Assembly (NCBI GenBank): GCA_028534125.1
Contig: CM052817.1
Location: 53,012,001-53,076,000, forward strand
Direction: 5' to 3'
Source of the DNA: Lama glama
Taxonomy: Eukaryota
DNA length: 64,000 bases
A model generated the notes under the pieces. That model ran no database searches. It had not been told where the DNA came from and worked only from the letters and a program-made list of their open reading frames with translations. The translations under genes and the position numbers were made by a program. Positions 1 through 11,169 of the stretch are shown here, piece after piece. Numbering within the stretch: the first letter of the stretch is position 1; the number at the start of each line of letters is the position of its first letter.

Positions 1-319
1 TGTAATAAAATTATCAACCTCTTATTTTAATTGTTTCATCATAGTAAGGATAGTTATTTGAAAGCACATTCTTGGTGAATCTAGTTTTGGGGGTCTACTA
101 TAGATTTTTGGTTTTATTTTTTCTATTTAATCTACTTGTTTTTGGTTATGATGTCTCTTATGTCTAGCTAATTTTGATGTATTATTATGAATTAAAAATT
201 GAGAACTACACAATTGGACTTCCAGTTTCAGCTCCAATATGTAAAGAACTTAGAACTTGCCAGTCCCATCATTGCAAAGATAAATGTGAACAAAATAAAA
301 AATTACAATTTTTCTTATA

Positions 320-1598
320 CTTTTTAGAGAACTGGAATTGCAGAGTAAATCACCATCATAAAATCTGGACAGACAGGCAAATGAAGAGAGTCATAGACGA
401 GGCCTTACCTAAAGCAGAAACTCCCTCATTTGGAGCCATAAATGAGTAAGAATACTTAAATGGTAATCCTGACAAACTGCTGGAGGCTGATTTTGGATTA
501 GATAGAGAGTGAGATACTGTTGGGAGCTTCAGTCTTAGAGGCACCTACACTTTCATAGGTTTAACCTTTAGGAATTCCATAAAGTTCTCAACTGTTAATA
601 GCTAGGAATGATTCCCCAGGGGCTCTGGTAAAATATGGGAAAAACTATCCATACTGAAATAAGCCCAGAGAACTCTTCATAAAAAATTATCTAAGGTGAA
701 ATACTTTAACAGAGCCTTATTACATGTAAACTAAGGGCAGTTACCTGAGTCTAGTGTCCTCTATCTTTCCTTCATCACTGAAATGAAAAAAAATACAGAG
801 AGAGAGATAAAACACTTGTGAAAATAATAGCCCAGAAGCCGAGAGACAAGCCTAACTAAAACACTGAAATTTACTCATAAGATTATAGAACACTTTCATT
901 CCCACACACCTTACCACCACACCAACAGGGTACCACTGTAACAACAGTGGATTATGGCTGAAAGAGCAGATAGACACAGACACTGTTTGATAAGGAATTC
1001 TTATGAAAGCCCAAAGACAACAGAGGAGATAAAACCAAGTTTTGAAATCTATGGCACATTTAGCTGTAATTATCAGTTAATATTGTCAAATTCCAGGAAG
1101 ATTTACATAAAATAACACACTGAGACCTATTTACCTCAGTTTTTATTACCTGATACATTGTGTTTGTCTTCAACAAAAAATTAGACGATGTAAAAGGCAG
1201 AAAAAAACAATCTGAACAGACAAAGCAGGCATCAGAACTACACTCCAACATGACATGGATTTTGGAACTGTCAAAATGGGAGTATATAGTAATTATGAAT
1301 AATGTATTAAGGGTTCTAAAGAAAAGTCAGATAGTGTATAAGAACAGATGGATATTGTAAGGAGAGAAATGGAATCTCTGAAACAGAATCAGAAGGAAAT
1401 ACTTTATTCCAAAATATCTTTGATGGACTAACCAGAAGATTATGCACAACTAAGGAAAACATAAGCGAGTTTGAAGATAGGTCAACAAAAGTTGTAAAGT
1501 ACAAATATGTGGAATAACCAAAGGAGGGGAAAAAAAAAGAAAATGAAGCAAAAGAAATATTTGAAGTAAGAATTGCTGAAAATTTTCCAAAATTAAGT
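320..1598 (+). mobile_element. Old L1 (L1MC-type) 5' region plus decayed ORF1
   Basis: A-rich sense strand with ORF1-like relic (e.g. KKQSEQTKQASELHSNMTWILELSKWEY in ORF 1160-1360) ending in an ORF1-like 'gaaatatttgaag...gctgaaaattttccaaaatt'. Subfamily and ends approximate. Confidence 0.7.
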
Positions 1599-2416
1599 GA
1601 GTAATGTATATTAGTGTTTCTGTCAAGAATCCTACACTTAGAAACTGACTTAGAAATGTCTTAACAGTAGTGCAATTCACATGGACTGTTCAAGGAAGAA
1701 TTAAAATGAACTATTTTATGTTTTCTACTCTTTTTGAAGTAGTGGTAATATTTTTCAATTATAACAGTTGATTAAACAAAAAATATTTTAATTCAAGCTA
1801 CAGAAACATTGATATTGATATTTATGTAAATGCTAAGTGAAATATGGTGAATGGTGTGCAAGATGAAAGACACGATTTTCAAGAAAAAAATTTCTCACTA
1901 AATAGAGCTACAGATACATATAGCTGTTTTCAGGAATACAAAACTACAAGGAAACTATTATTGAATGTGTGTAACTTCTTGTGTATATTTGGGCATAAGA
2001 TTAGAAAAGGAAGATGTTTGTTACACAAAGGAATTCCTTTTCTCTGTTGTCATCTTTTAATATGTTATATTCATTTAAAATAAATAAGAATGATTAAACT
2101 TCCTAGAAGTATACTTTAGTAAAATTCTCTTGTAGATAATTGGTTTCATAACAGATGCATAATTTGACCCTAAGGTACAAATGCAAATTAATTAACTTTT
2201 ATTAAAAATAGTGATAGAAATATGCTCACTGCTGACACAACTTTTTTAACAAGCTAAATGCTCCAATGATATAAATGAAAACAAATCAAATCTTATTGTG
2301 TAATTAAATGAAAATTAATCAAGTGAAGATGTAATTACTTCCATAGAAGTGGGGCTTGCTACAATGGGAAGACCTGGTGTGCTGCCTTCAGAAGTTGTAT
2401 CTCTTTACCTGATGTT

Positions 2417-2645
2417 TCAGCAGACTTTCAAATAGGCCTTCCCAATGGCGAGCTTTTCTAAATCCTCCTGACAGCCAAGATAGTATTTCAGATAGTCTAT
2501 GTTCCTCTTCTGCTTATCCAGGAACTCTCCTATGAAGTCCAAAAGATCAGTTTCACTATTCTTAGAAGCCAAGATCTTCTGTTCTTATAGCACCTTCCTT
2601 AACATGTTCTCCAGCTACAGAGCAGACTTCAGAGCTTTGTATGAG
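2417..2645 (-). pseudogene. Ferritin-fold pseudogene fragment (helices C-D onward), divergent from FTH1/FTL, possibly FTDC-like
   Basis: Minus frame from 2638 reads KALKSAL*LENMLRKVL*EQKILASKNSETDLLDFIGEFLDKQKRNIDYLKYYLGCQEDLEKLAIGKAYLKVC*. It aligns by eye with ferritin H [50 protein letters not shown]. In-frame stops at 2617-2615 (TAG) and 2587-2585 (TAA); the frame ends at TGA 2419-2417. Confidence 0.8.
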
Positions 2646-3273
2646 AAAACAATCTCATTTTGTCTGTAATATTTTCAAAAATTTAAAATATAATTATCTT
2701 TAGAGTAAGCTTTTGTAATTTCATAAATTATAAGTTTAAAGAATATACTTCAGTAAGAAAGACAATAATTTAATGTTTTACAACATCAATTCCAATGCAC
2801 TTGATTGGATATTTGATATGCCTTTAAATATATTATTTACTCCTTTTTTTAACAAAAGCTTTTAATAAAAGCTTCTAAACTGAATATATTAAAGAAGTAA
2901 AACTCATATTACATACACATTTTTACATCAGAATCTAATGATTTGAGGAGATGCTTTCACACCCATACTAAATTATTTTTCCTCCATGTTGGGCCTCATG
3001 GCACACAGTTAGTTTTCTCTATGTGCTTTAAAAATTAACAACATACATTTCTCTCAGTAATTCTGTTAATCCCTAAAATGGAAGCGTAGAATTAGGAGAG
3101 TTACATAAACATTTGTGAGTTAGTATACTTCTGACAAGTTATTAAGACCCTTATTTAGATTTTGCTTGTTGTAGCATTCCATGGATGCTAAAAATACATT
3201 CATTCTGGAATTTATTCAATTAGCTTATGAGTTTATATTAATTTTCTAAAGAAAAATTACATTCACCTTTCTT

Positions 3274-3330
3274 AAAGGAAATGAAGGAAAGAGGGAAGGA
3301 AGAAAGGAAAGTAGGAAATAAGGAAGAAAA
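3274..3330. repeat. GA-rich low-complexity tract
   Basis: Degenerate (GGAA)n: aaaggaaatgaaggaaagagggaaggaagaaaggaaag... Confidence 0.7.
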
Positions 3331-3664
3331 TTCCAATCCATATCTTGCCTTTTGGAATGTTTTCCTTTGTCTAATTCCTCCTTGAAAATAACCAAAGTAG
3401 ACACTATGGGGTATAAATTATTTGGGACCATATAACTTTTGTACACTGCTTTCTGCTAGTGAAAATGTGGTACTCTAATAGTTATTTTTGGTTTTTGCAA
3501 GACATACTCATGTTTTCTCAGGAGATATATTTTCTTTAGGAACTTGGGACGCTCATAGTGTCTTTGCTTCCAGCCTGTTCCATGTACTGGTGATTATTCG
3601 CCATGTTGTTTTCCATACATCATTTTTACATCTACCTTGTTACTTTTCATACTAGCTCTTCCTA

Positions 3665-4080
3665 TGTAAGGTAGCCCACAGTGAAATACAGTTCATGGTA
3701 TATATACCATTGTGTAGTCCTTTCACATACACCCTGGTTCTGATCATGTGACACTCTTTGGACATAGAGGCATTAACAAGTGTATTTCAGAGAACTGGTA
3801 AGTGCTTATACATTGAGGCTTAATACCTTGGAATGTGCTTGTTAGAATTCAAATGTGATAAGCTCAAGCTAGAGTACTCAATGATAAGAGGCCATATGGA
3901 TTTAGATCCTAAAAAGTAGAGGCCTTCTTGGATGTCCCAATTCCAGCCAGCTGTATGCAACTACATGAGTGACTTTTCCTACCCTTGAAGAAAAGAATGG
4001 CTCATATGATCCCAGGCATCCCACAGAATAATGACTAATAATAAATCATTGTTGTTTTAAGCTACTAAGTTTTGGGGTAG
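3665..4080 (+). mobile_element. MaLR LTR (MLT1H-like)
   Basis: Characteristic MLT1 3' end 'ccacagaataatgactaataataaatcattgttgttttaagctactaagttttggggt'. Confidence 0.7.
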
Positions 4081-4873
4081 CACAGGAAGAGAAATACCAA
4101 ACCCCTATTCCTTTTTCTCATATTAAAGATCATTAACTTCAGTTCATCTAAAAAAAATATGATTAGAAAAAGGCTAGTAGGAGTCATCATTCTAATCTCC
4201 CACATTTGGGATCCTGGAGAACTGGACTTCTTAAACCTTTGAGTCTTCTAATCTCGAGATCTGTTCTTTCGTCTCTCTTTGTAATTTGTTGAAATTTATT
4301 TATTTATTGTAATACCTTCTGACTGCCATTATGCTAATAGCTGGTTATTTCAACCATTTCCCTAAAGCTACTGGCTTGGTAGGATTACCTTCCTAGTTCT
4401 TGTAAGTGATAATTATTCCACATGTAATTTCTGCTTCCTCTTTCCTGGCTTTAAATTACTAAGCCAGTGGATCATATTTTATATTATTGATGGGCAGTCT
4501 CCATTCCAACAAATTGATCTGCTCTAACAGGAGACCTGAAATAGAATAATTCAGTAAGATGGAATTTTATTGTAGACTACAGAATGTTTCTTTTCCATGT
4601 TAAGATTCAGAAAGCTAAGATTCCTTTCTTTTTTTTGTTTTTGATGGTTTGTTTTTGGTTTTTGTTTGTTTGTTTGTTTTATGGTCAGCTCATAGAACAG
4701 CATCATTATCTGCATTATTGAAGCTAGGTCACAATGCACAACTGTACTGTGGCTTAAAAGAAGAGGAAATAGGCCATGCAGAAGGAGTGGTTTATTCCTA
4801 GGGATCTGTTCCTGGAAGTTATACAAATCACTTTTATTTACCTCCCATGGGAGATAACATGGCCATTTGGCTT

Positions 4874-5277
4874 TGACAAAAACGCTGTCCTCTGCCAAAA
4901 TTGATTAGGCCGTGTCTTGTCTTCTGCCTAACCGAGTCTTAATAAGAATGTTGCTCAGTCAGTTTAATGGGAATTCTCCCACTCTTGATATCTGCTATCT
5001 TTGATATCTGATTAAATTCTTCATCCCCAACCTTTGCTAAGTCCTTGGCCTGTCTTTATGGGTCAGATTAGCAACAATCCCCCTACCTTTGATGTCTCCG
5101 CTTAGTAATTTTCTATCCATTGACCCCCCTCATCCTGCTTCTTGGTTATAAATCCCCACTTGTCCTCATATTCAGAATTGAACCCAGTTTCTCTCCCCTA
5201 TTGTATACTATTGCAGTGGACTTGAATGATGTCTTCCTTACCATTTTAACAAGTGTCAGAATAAGTTTCCTTTAGCA
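4874..5277 (+). mobile_element. ERV1 solo LTR (MER31-like)
   Basis: Begins TGACAAA and ends TTTAGCA; flanked by perfect 4-bp TSD GCTT (4870-4873 / 5278-5281); internal 'gatatctg' repeats and 'cttggttataaatccccacttgtcc' as in MER31. Confidence 0.85.
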
Positions 5278-6529
5278 GCTTTATATAACTAAAAGATTCC
5301 ATATAGTGTCACAGAACAACCATGGGACTAGTACTACTAGTAATATGAGTGAAGGGGAGAAATTATTTTGGTGGAGAGATGGCTGTCTCACTTACATAAC
5401 TAAAGGCTGCAACAAAAATTCATACTGGTTCAATTCTCACAAGATCAGCATAAACATCAAAATGTAATAGAAATAATTCCAGCCTACTACAAGTATTTAC
5501 TTCTCATTTCAGATAAATTATAAACAAATCACTTCATTTATAGTTGTTTATTAGAATTCCCTTGAGTAAATTTATGAGTTTTACTTATATAAAAAAAGTA
5601 TTGTATAAAACTTATACTAAGTTTGAATAACAGGTAAAATGTAAAGGAGACATAGAGAAAATAGTTATATAGTTGAGATGTGTTAATATTTCATTTAAGT
5701 TTCTCATCAATAGAAATGTGTTTTGCAGTACAAATAACTACATAATTAAGTTGGTCACAGCTCTATTGATCTTGAACAATTTCCTTTCCATTAGGTTCTC
5801 TTTAATATTAGAGAGCTAATGAATTTTAATTCACAGTTGTGATTCATATATGGAAGTAAAGAGATCAGTATTTAAAAACAGGTGAATATTTTTAAAAGTA
5901 ACTGTAGATAAATTCAAACAAGAACTTTAATATGAAGAAACTTGCATATTGCTGTTAAAGCAATATTTGAGTCTTAATTCATACTCAAGTATTTTATCTT
6001 TAGTAACTTCAAAACAAAGAGAAAGTGATTTAAACAGATGTGATCTTAGTAGGATTCCACTCTTTAAAGAACATTATGTAGAGCTACCACAGGCCTAAAA
6101 CTCAAGGAGAAGAATAAAAAGTGAGTTTTATGAACTCCCCAAGGATGCTCAAAGCTGATTTATCATGTGGCCTGCCTGAGAACCTCAAACAGGATGGTTA
6201 AAATAAATTTTTTATGCTAGTGAAAAAACACTGGAAATCAAACAATATAGTATTCATTTCACTGAAAAGAAAAGATTCTTTCTCTGAATCAAGTTCTCAA
6301 CAAAATAGGGGAAACTATGTACATTTTATAAAATAAATCTGAAAACTTTTACTTGCATATTCTGTGGCTATCATGCCTTTGTGTTACATTCTTTAAATAA
6401 CATATTTTCTTCTCTTTCGTCTTTTTTTTTTTTTTTTTTAATTTGCAGTTGGCCTGAGTCACTGTCTTGGTACAAACTGCCTACCTAACATTATCACAAG
6501 GATAATACAATCACTGAAAATATAGTACA

Positions 6530-6798
6530 TTTTGCATTGGTAGAGCACAGGCCCTGAAGTCAGATTGCTAGTTCACAATCCAACTTGTCATTTATTAGGT
6601 ATGTGTCCTTGAGGCAGGTTACTTAATTTCTCTTTCCTCAATTTTATCTATAAATGGGGATAGTAATAGCATTTACATGATAGATTTGTGCCATAAAAAA
6701 CTTATTTGACATTTTTGTGTCTATTTTATTATCTCTCTACCTATCTATCTAATCTTTGTAGAATAGTGTCTGGTATGTAGTAATACATGTTAGCTATT
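6530..6798 (+). mobile_element. MIR SINE
   Basis: MIR core 'gtgtccttgaggcaggttacttaatttctctttcctcaattttatctataaatggggatagtaatagc'. Confidence 0.75.
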
Positions 6799-6799
6799 T

Positions 6800-7290
6800 T
6801 TATTTATTCAGTGTATATATTCTGAAAGCCTATTCTTTGTCCAGGCATTGGGATGGGGCTTTGGGTCTAGTGAAGAAGCTTAATGCCTAACAAGGAATTG
6901 CAAGGATTAAGTTGCGGCATGCCATGTCACTGCAGCGGAGGCATGCAGAGTGGGGAACGTGAGTAAGTTCTGAGTAAGTCCAGAGAAGGCCTCCTTAATA
7001 AAAAAGGCTTTTCAGTATTGATGATAGAGTTGGCCAGGTGAAGTGGAAAAGAAAATAACTCACTTGGAAATGAAACAGAAGTAAATAGACACCATGTTTT
7101 AGAAAGAACAAAAAATGTGCCCCTTAGAGCTGAAACAAAAAGTAGGAGTATATGAGCTCAGAAGGAGGCTGGTGAGAGGCATACCAGCCTGTATTGCCAT
7201 GTAAGGAGTTGTGCGTGTGCACTTCCCAGTGCACTGTTCTGTAGGAGGATGACAGTATTCAGATTTGCATTTTTTGGAATCACTGGGGAG
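6800..7290 (-). mobile_element. L2 LINE fragment
   Basis: Antisense L2 3' end 'tatttattcag...tgaaagcctattctttgtccaggcattggg' followed by purine-rich L2 body. Confidence 0.55.
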
Positions 7291-7961
7291 TATTGTTTAG
7301 CGGGGAAGTTTTTAAATTTTTACCCTAATTTTGTAACAAATTTGTGATGTAACCTAGAATAAACCATTAACTTCTCTAAAACTTTTCTTGTCATTAAAAT
7401 GAAAAAGTGAGGAATACTCTGAGCTACTTTAAAGTTAACCTTAGAGAAAGGGTTCAGTTTCCACTCATGGACTTTAAATGTCAACCTAGGAATCTATATG
7501 GATAGATTCCACAAATGGCCTTCATGGACTTCTTCTCATATGGTGTCTGAAACTCTCTTTGTGCATCTGCTCAGTGTTTGGGCTTTAATCCTCTTATTCC
7601 TCTACTTATTCATGGTCCCTGCTGCCAAATAATCGTAATTAGCATAGATCACACCATGACCTCCCCAACTCCTTTTTAATTCATGGTGGCACGCGGATGT
7701 TGTAACACAAGTTGCCTTTTTCTTTAGAATCTCCAAATTCAAATTCCTGAGAGAATATTCTGTTGGTACTTTTGGAAGGCGTATGGATTATGTGCCACCT
7801 TTCACAAGGTTCTGTGCAACGACTTCACTCAGCTGTGACTGGAAGTGGAACTAGAGAATGGGTGGGAGATCATGTGAGATGAAACAGAATTATGAACAGA
7901 ACAGAGAGTTTCACTGAGAATGAGGGATTATAGATGCACAAGTCAGTCCTTCAGCAAAAGA

Positions 7962-8130
7962 CATTTTTAGACATAATGCTATTTCACACTTAATAGACTG
8001 CAGTGTAGTGTAAACATAACTTTTTGTGTGTACTGGGAAACCAAAAATTTCATGTTACTCACTTTACTGATATATCTGCTTCATTGTGATGTTGTGGAAG
8101 CAAATTCACAATATCTGTGAGGTATGCCTT
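7962..8130 (+). mobile_element. Tigger1 DNA transposon 3' end
   Basis: 'tttagacataatgctatttcacacttaatagactgcagtgtagtgtaaacataac...gggaaaccaaaaatttc...caatatctgtgaggtatgcct' matches the Tigger1 right terminus. Confidence 0.85.
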
Positions 8131-9414
8131 TCTCTTATAATGGATATAAATAGAGTGAATAATTATCTAGTTCTTCAACATGTTTGAATAATAGAGTTCA
8201 GGAGGTCATCTAAAGTTTTCTAACTCAAAGCTAATAATTTAGTGCCCTGTTAATTTTGAAGCTAAATCACTGCTCCAGTTCAACTAATTAGGCCCTCTGA
8301 AAATTTTGTCTCTAAGCAAACAGCGTATTTTCCTCCACCATATCCTGCAAACTAAATACTTTTCCTTGTAATAAAGTTTTAAAGTAACATGTCTTCAGGC
8401 AATATTGTTAAGATTCAAAACAAAGTTTGTTAAGCAAAGATGGAAAATAATTCAGTAAAACAATGCTAAAAACAATACTCTTAATTCCATAAAAAATAAT
8501 ATGAAATGGATTTACATTGTCATCTTTGGGGAAGTTAGCTTTACATTTAATTACAGTATAGGTTATTATTACCTAAACATACAACTTTTTTATCTCAAAC
8601 TTATCTTTTAATGGAGTACCAGTGTCTCCAGCTATTCTTCTGAGAAGAACGTGGTAGTTCATATACGAAACCATTTAGGAAAAAAAACTGTGCCCATTTC
8701 TATTGATGTATTTTCACTGGATTTATCCATTTTATTGGATGATTATGATTACTCTAATAGATATTTTAAAGGTAGTGGATAATACTTAAAAACTTGGTGA
8801 CCAAAGAACAAAACTGTAGAAAACATACTCTAAAACAAGATAAATAAAAAAATAAATTCTAATATTTACACTAAGAATGATTTTGGAATTTAGCATACTT
8901 TACCTACTAAATTCTAACTATTATTAAATTTATTTTATAATTTTAAAATATTCTAATCACCAATATGATGTCAGTAGCTATTTTCTGTTTTGTTTTGTTT
9001 TTGTTCATATATGAATTTCTTATATTTTCAAAAATGTCACTTGACTTATTACTAAGTATGTTTTCTTGAAAAATCCAGGGTAGTCATCCTTCCTTCTACA
9101 GCTGGCAATTGTGCATTTTTGTTTAAAAAAAAAAAAGTCCTATCTCCCATGTATACTAGCATTCCCCCCCAATACATTTCAACATTTCAAACAATAAAGC
9201 AATAATGTCTAAAATTATGTTACAATTAGCAAATACATTCAATATGGTACCAAAATTGCAAAATATAGTTCATATTTTATGTCTCCCATGATAGTATGAA
9301 AACAATTCAATGAACTATAAGATAACTCTGGGGAAATGAAGTAATTGAAAGAGCAAATGTAAGTTTGGTGAAATAAACTGTACTTTTTATCCACCCTTTT
9401 CAGTAAAGGAATTA

Positions 9415-9643
9415 TAGTTGCCATTTGAACAACACGAGTTTGAATTACATAGGTCCACTTATAAGCAAACTTTTTAAATAAATATGCATTATAGTACTTA
9501 CTACACAATCTGAAGTGAATTGAATCTGTTGATACAGAACTACAAATGAGGATGGAGGATCAACTGTAGAATTATACTCGGGTTTTCAACTGCACTGCAC
9601 AGAGGGTTGGCACCCTAACCCCTGTGTTGTTTAAGGGTCATTG
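9415..9643 (+). mobile_element. Tigger2-derived MITE (Tigger2a-type)
   Basis: Degenerate TIRs 'tagttgccatttgaacaacacg' and 'tgtgttgtttaagggtcattg', with TA on both sides (9413-9414, 9644-9645). Confidence 0.8.
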
Positions 9644-9727
9644 TATATTTAGATGACAAATGCAGAAGATGGAGATTTTTTCTTTAGTCAGGAGAACTAC
9701 CTCAGGAAAGAGAATGCTGTGTTATTA

Positions 9728-10128
9728 AGTACTGGCTAATTTTAAGAGTCAACTTGTCTGGGCTACAGTGCCCAGATATTTGGTCAGATGTTATTAGGAT
9801 ATTTCTGTGAGAGTGCTTTTCAGATGAGATTAGCATTTTAGTGGGTCAACACTGAGTAAAGCAGATGGCCCTCCATAATGTGGGTGGGCCTTATCCAGTT
9901 GATTGAAGGCCTTAGTAGAACAAAGACTGACCCTTCCTGAACAAGAAGAAATTGTGCCTTCGGACTTGAACTGCAATATGAACTCTTGCCTGGGTCTCCA
10001 GCTTGCCTGCTAAACCTACAGATTATGAACTTGCCAGCCTCTATAATGTTATGAACCAATTACTTAAAATAAAATATGTATATACATATATTCATCCTAT
10101 TCTGTTTCTCTGGAGATCTAACTAGCAT
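9728..10128 (+). mobile_element. ERVL solo LTR (MLT2C/D-like)
   Basis: 'gtcaacttgtctgggctacagtgcccagatatttggtca...gagtaaagcagatggccctccataatgtgggtgggcct...catcctattctgtttctctggaga'. Confidence 0.85.
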
Positions 10129-10140
10129 AATAATACTTTA

Positions 10141-10390
10141 ATAATAATAGCAAGCATTGATTACTTAATATGTGCCACACAATTTTCAAAGAGCTTTATG
10201 TATATTATCTTAATTCTCATATGTGTTCAATGAAATAGGTACTGCTATTGCATCCATTTATACCAATGAGGAAAACTGGTGTATGTATCAATTAAACAAC
10301 ATGCCCATATTTCCACCAAATTATAGAGCTTGGATTCAAATACAGGCATTTTGGTTCCAGTGTATAAGTACCTAACCATTATTCTAATCT
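10141..10390 (-). mobile_element. MIR SINE
   Basis: Antisense MIR: 'ataatagcaagcattgattacttaatatgtgcca...ccatttataccaatgaggaaaactgg...ggattcaaatacaggca'. Confidence 0.75.
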
Positions 10391-11169
10391 GTTGCCATCA
10401 ATATGCAATCTGACTTCAGATCCATAGGAAAATTTTTACAATACTTTCGATAACATTAGGGGGAGAAAAGAGAATTGATAAACTAAGTGTATTTCTGAAC
10501 TTCTGCCTGGTTACTCCTCCACATACAACTGTGATTTAAATTAAACTTTATAGTATAAATGGAAAGTAACAGTAATATTAATAGTGCTTATTTCTGGGCT
10601 AAATAATTTATATTTACTAATACAAAACTCAGAATTTTGCTACATAGATTTAAAAAAAATTGTACCTTAAAATCATGAAAATATAAGAAAGTATTTGGAT
10701 AATTACCATTAGTGCTTAATAAAATAAAAATACACTGATTATGTAGGTTAAAAAAATAAAATAATAGGCTGGACTATTTGGATCTAAATGGTATATGTAG
10801 GATTACAATGTTGCAATCCTAAATTTTTATTAAAATCTTTGTAAAAATATAACACAGAAAAATGTATGAACTCCTAATATACCTGACATTTTAAGATGGA
10901 TAGAGACCATGATTCTGTGAGGAATTTTCACAAACTACAAAATTCAGAGATCAAGAATGAAGCAAAGTCTCTGAGTGGCTACTAGTGCTGTTTATTAAAC
11001 AGATATGGCATAGCACAGTAGTAAGAAGAAGAATGAAAGATATTTTGACTAATAGTAAGAAATGACATTTACTGCAAACAAAATGGAGAAGCCATGTTTC
11101 TCCAAAAAAGGGTTCTGTATTTTTATTTGGAAAGTGTAGTCCTTTTCAGGTTAACTGGTGTGGGATTTA

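Noticed and set aside
4809..4817. STAT-type TTCCTGGAA motif
   Set aside because: A single 9-mer, also present inside the ERV relic near 19215; expected by chance.
6405..6500. Long pyrimidine tract plus TTGCAG as an exon start
   Set aside because: No good donor nearby and no recognisable frame; poly-T tracts commonly mimic acceptors.
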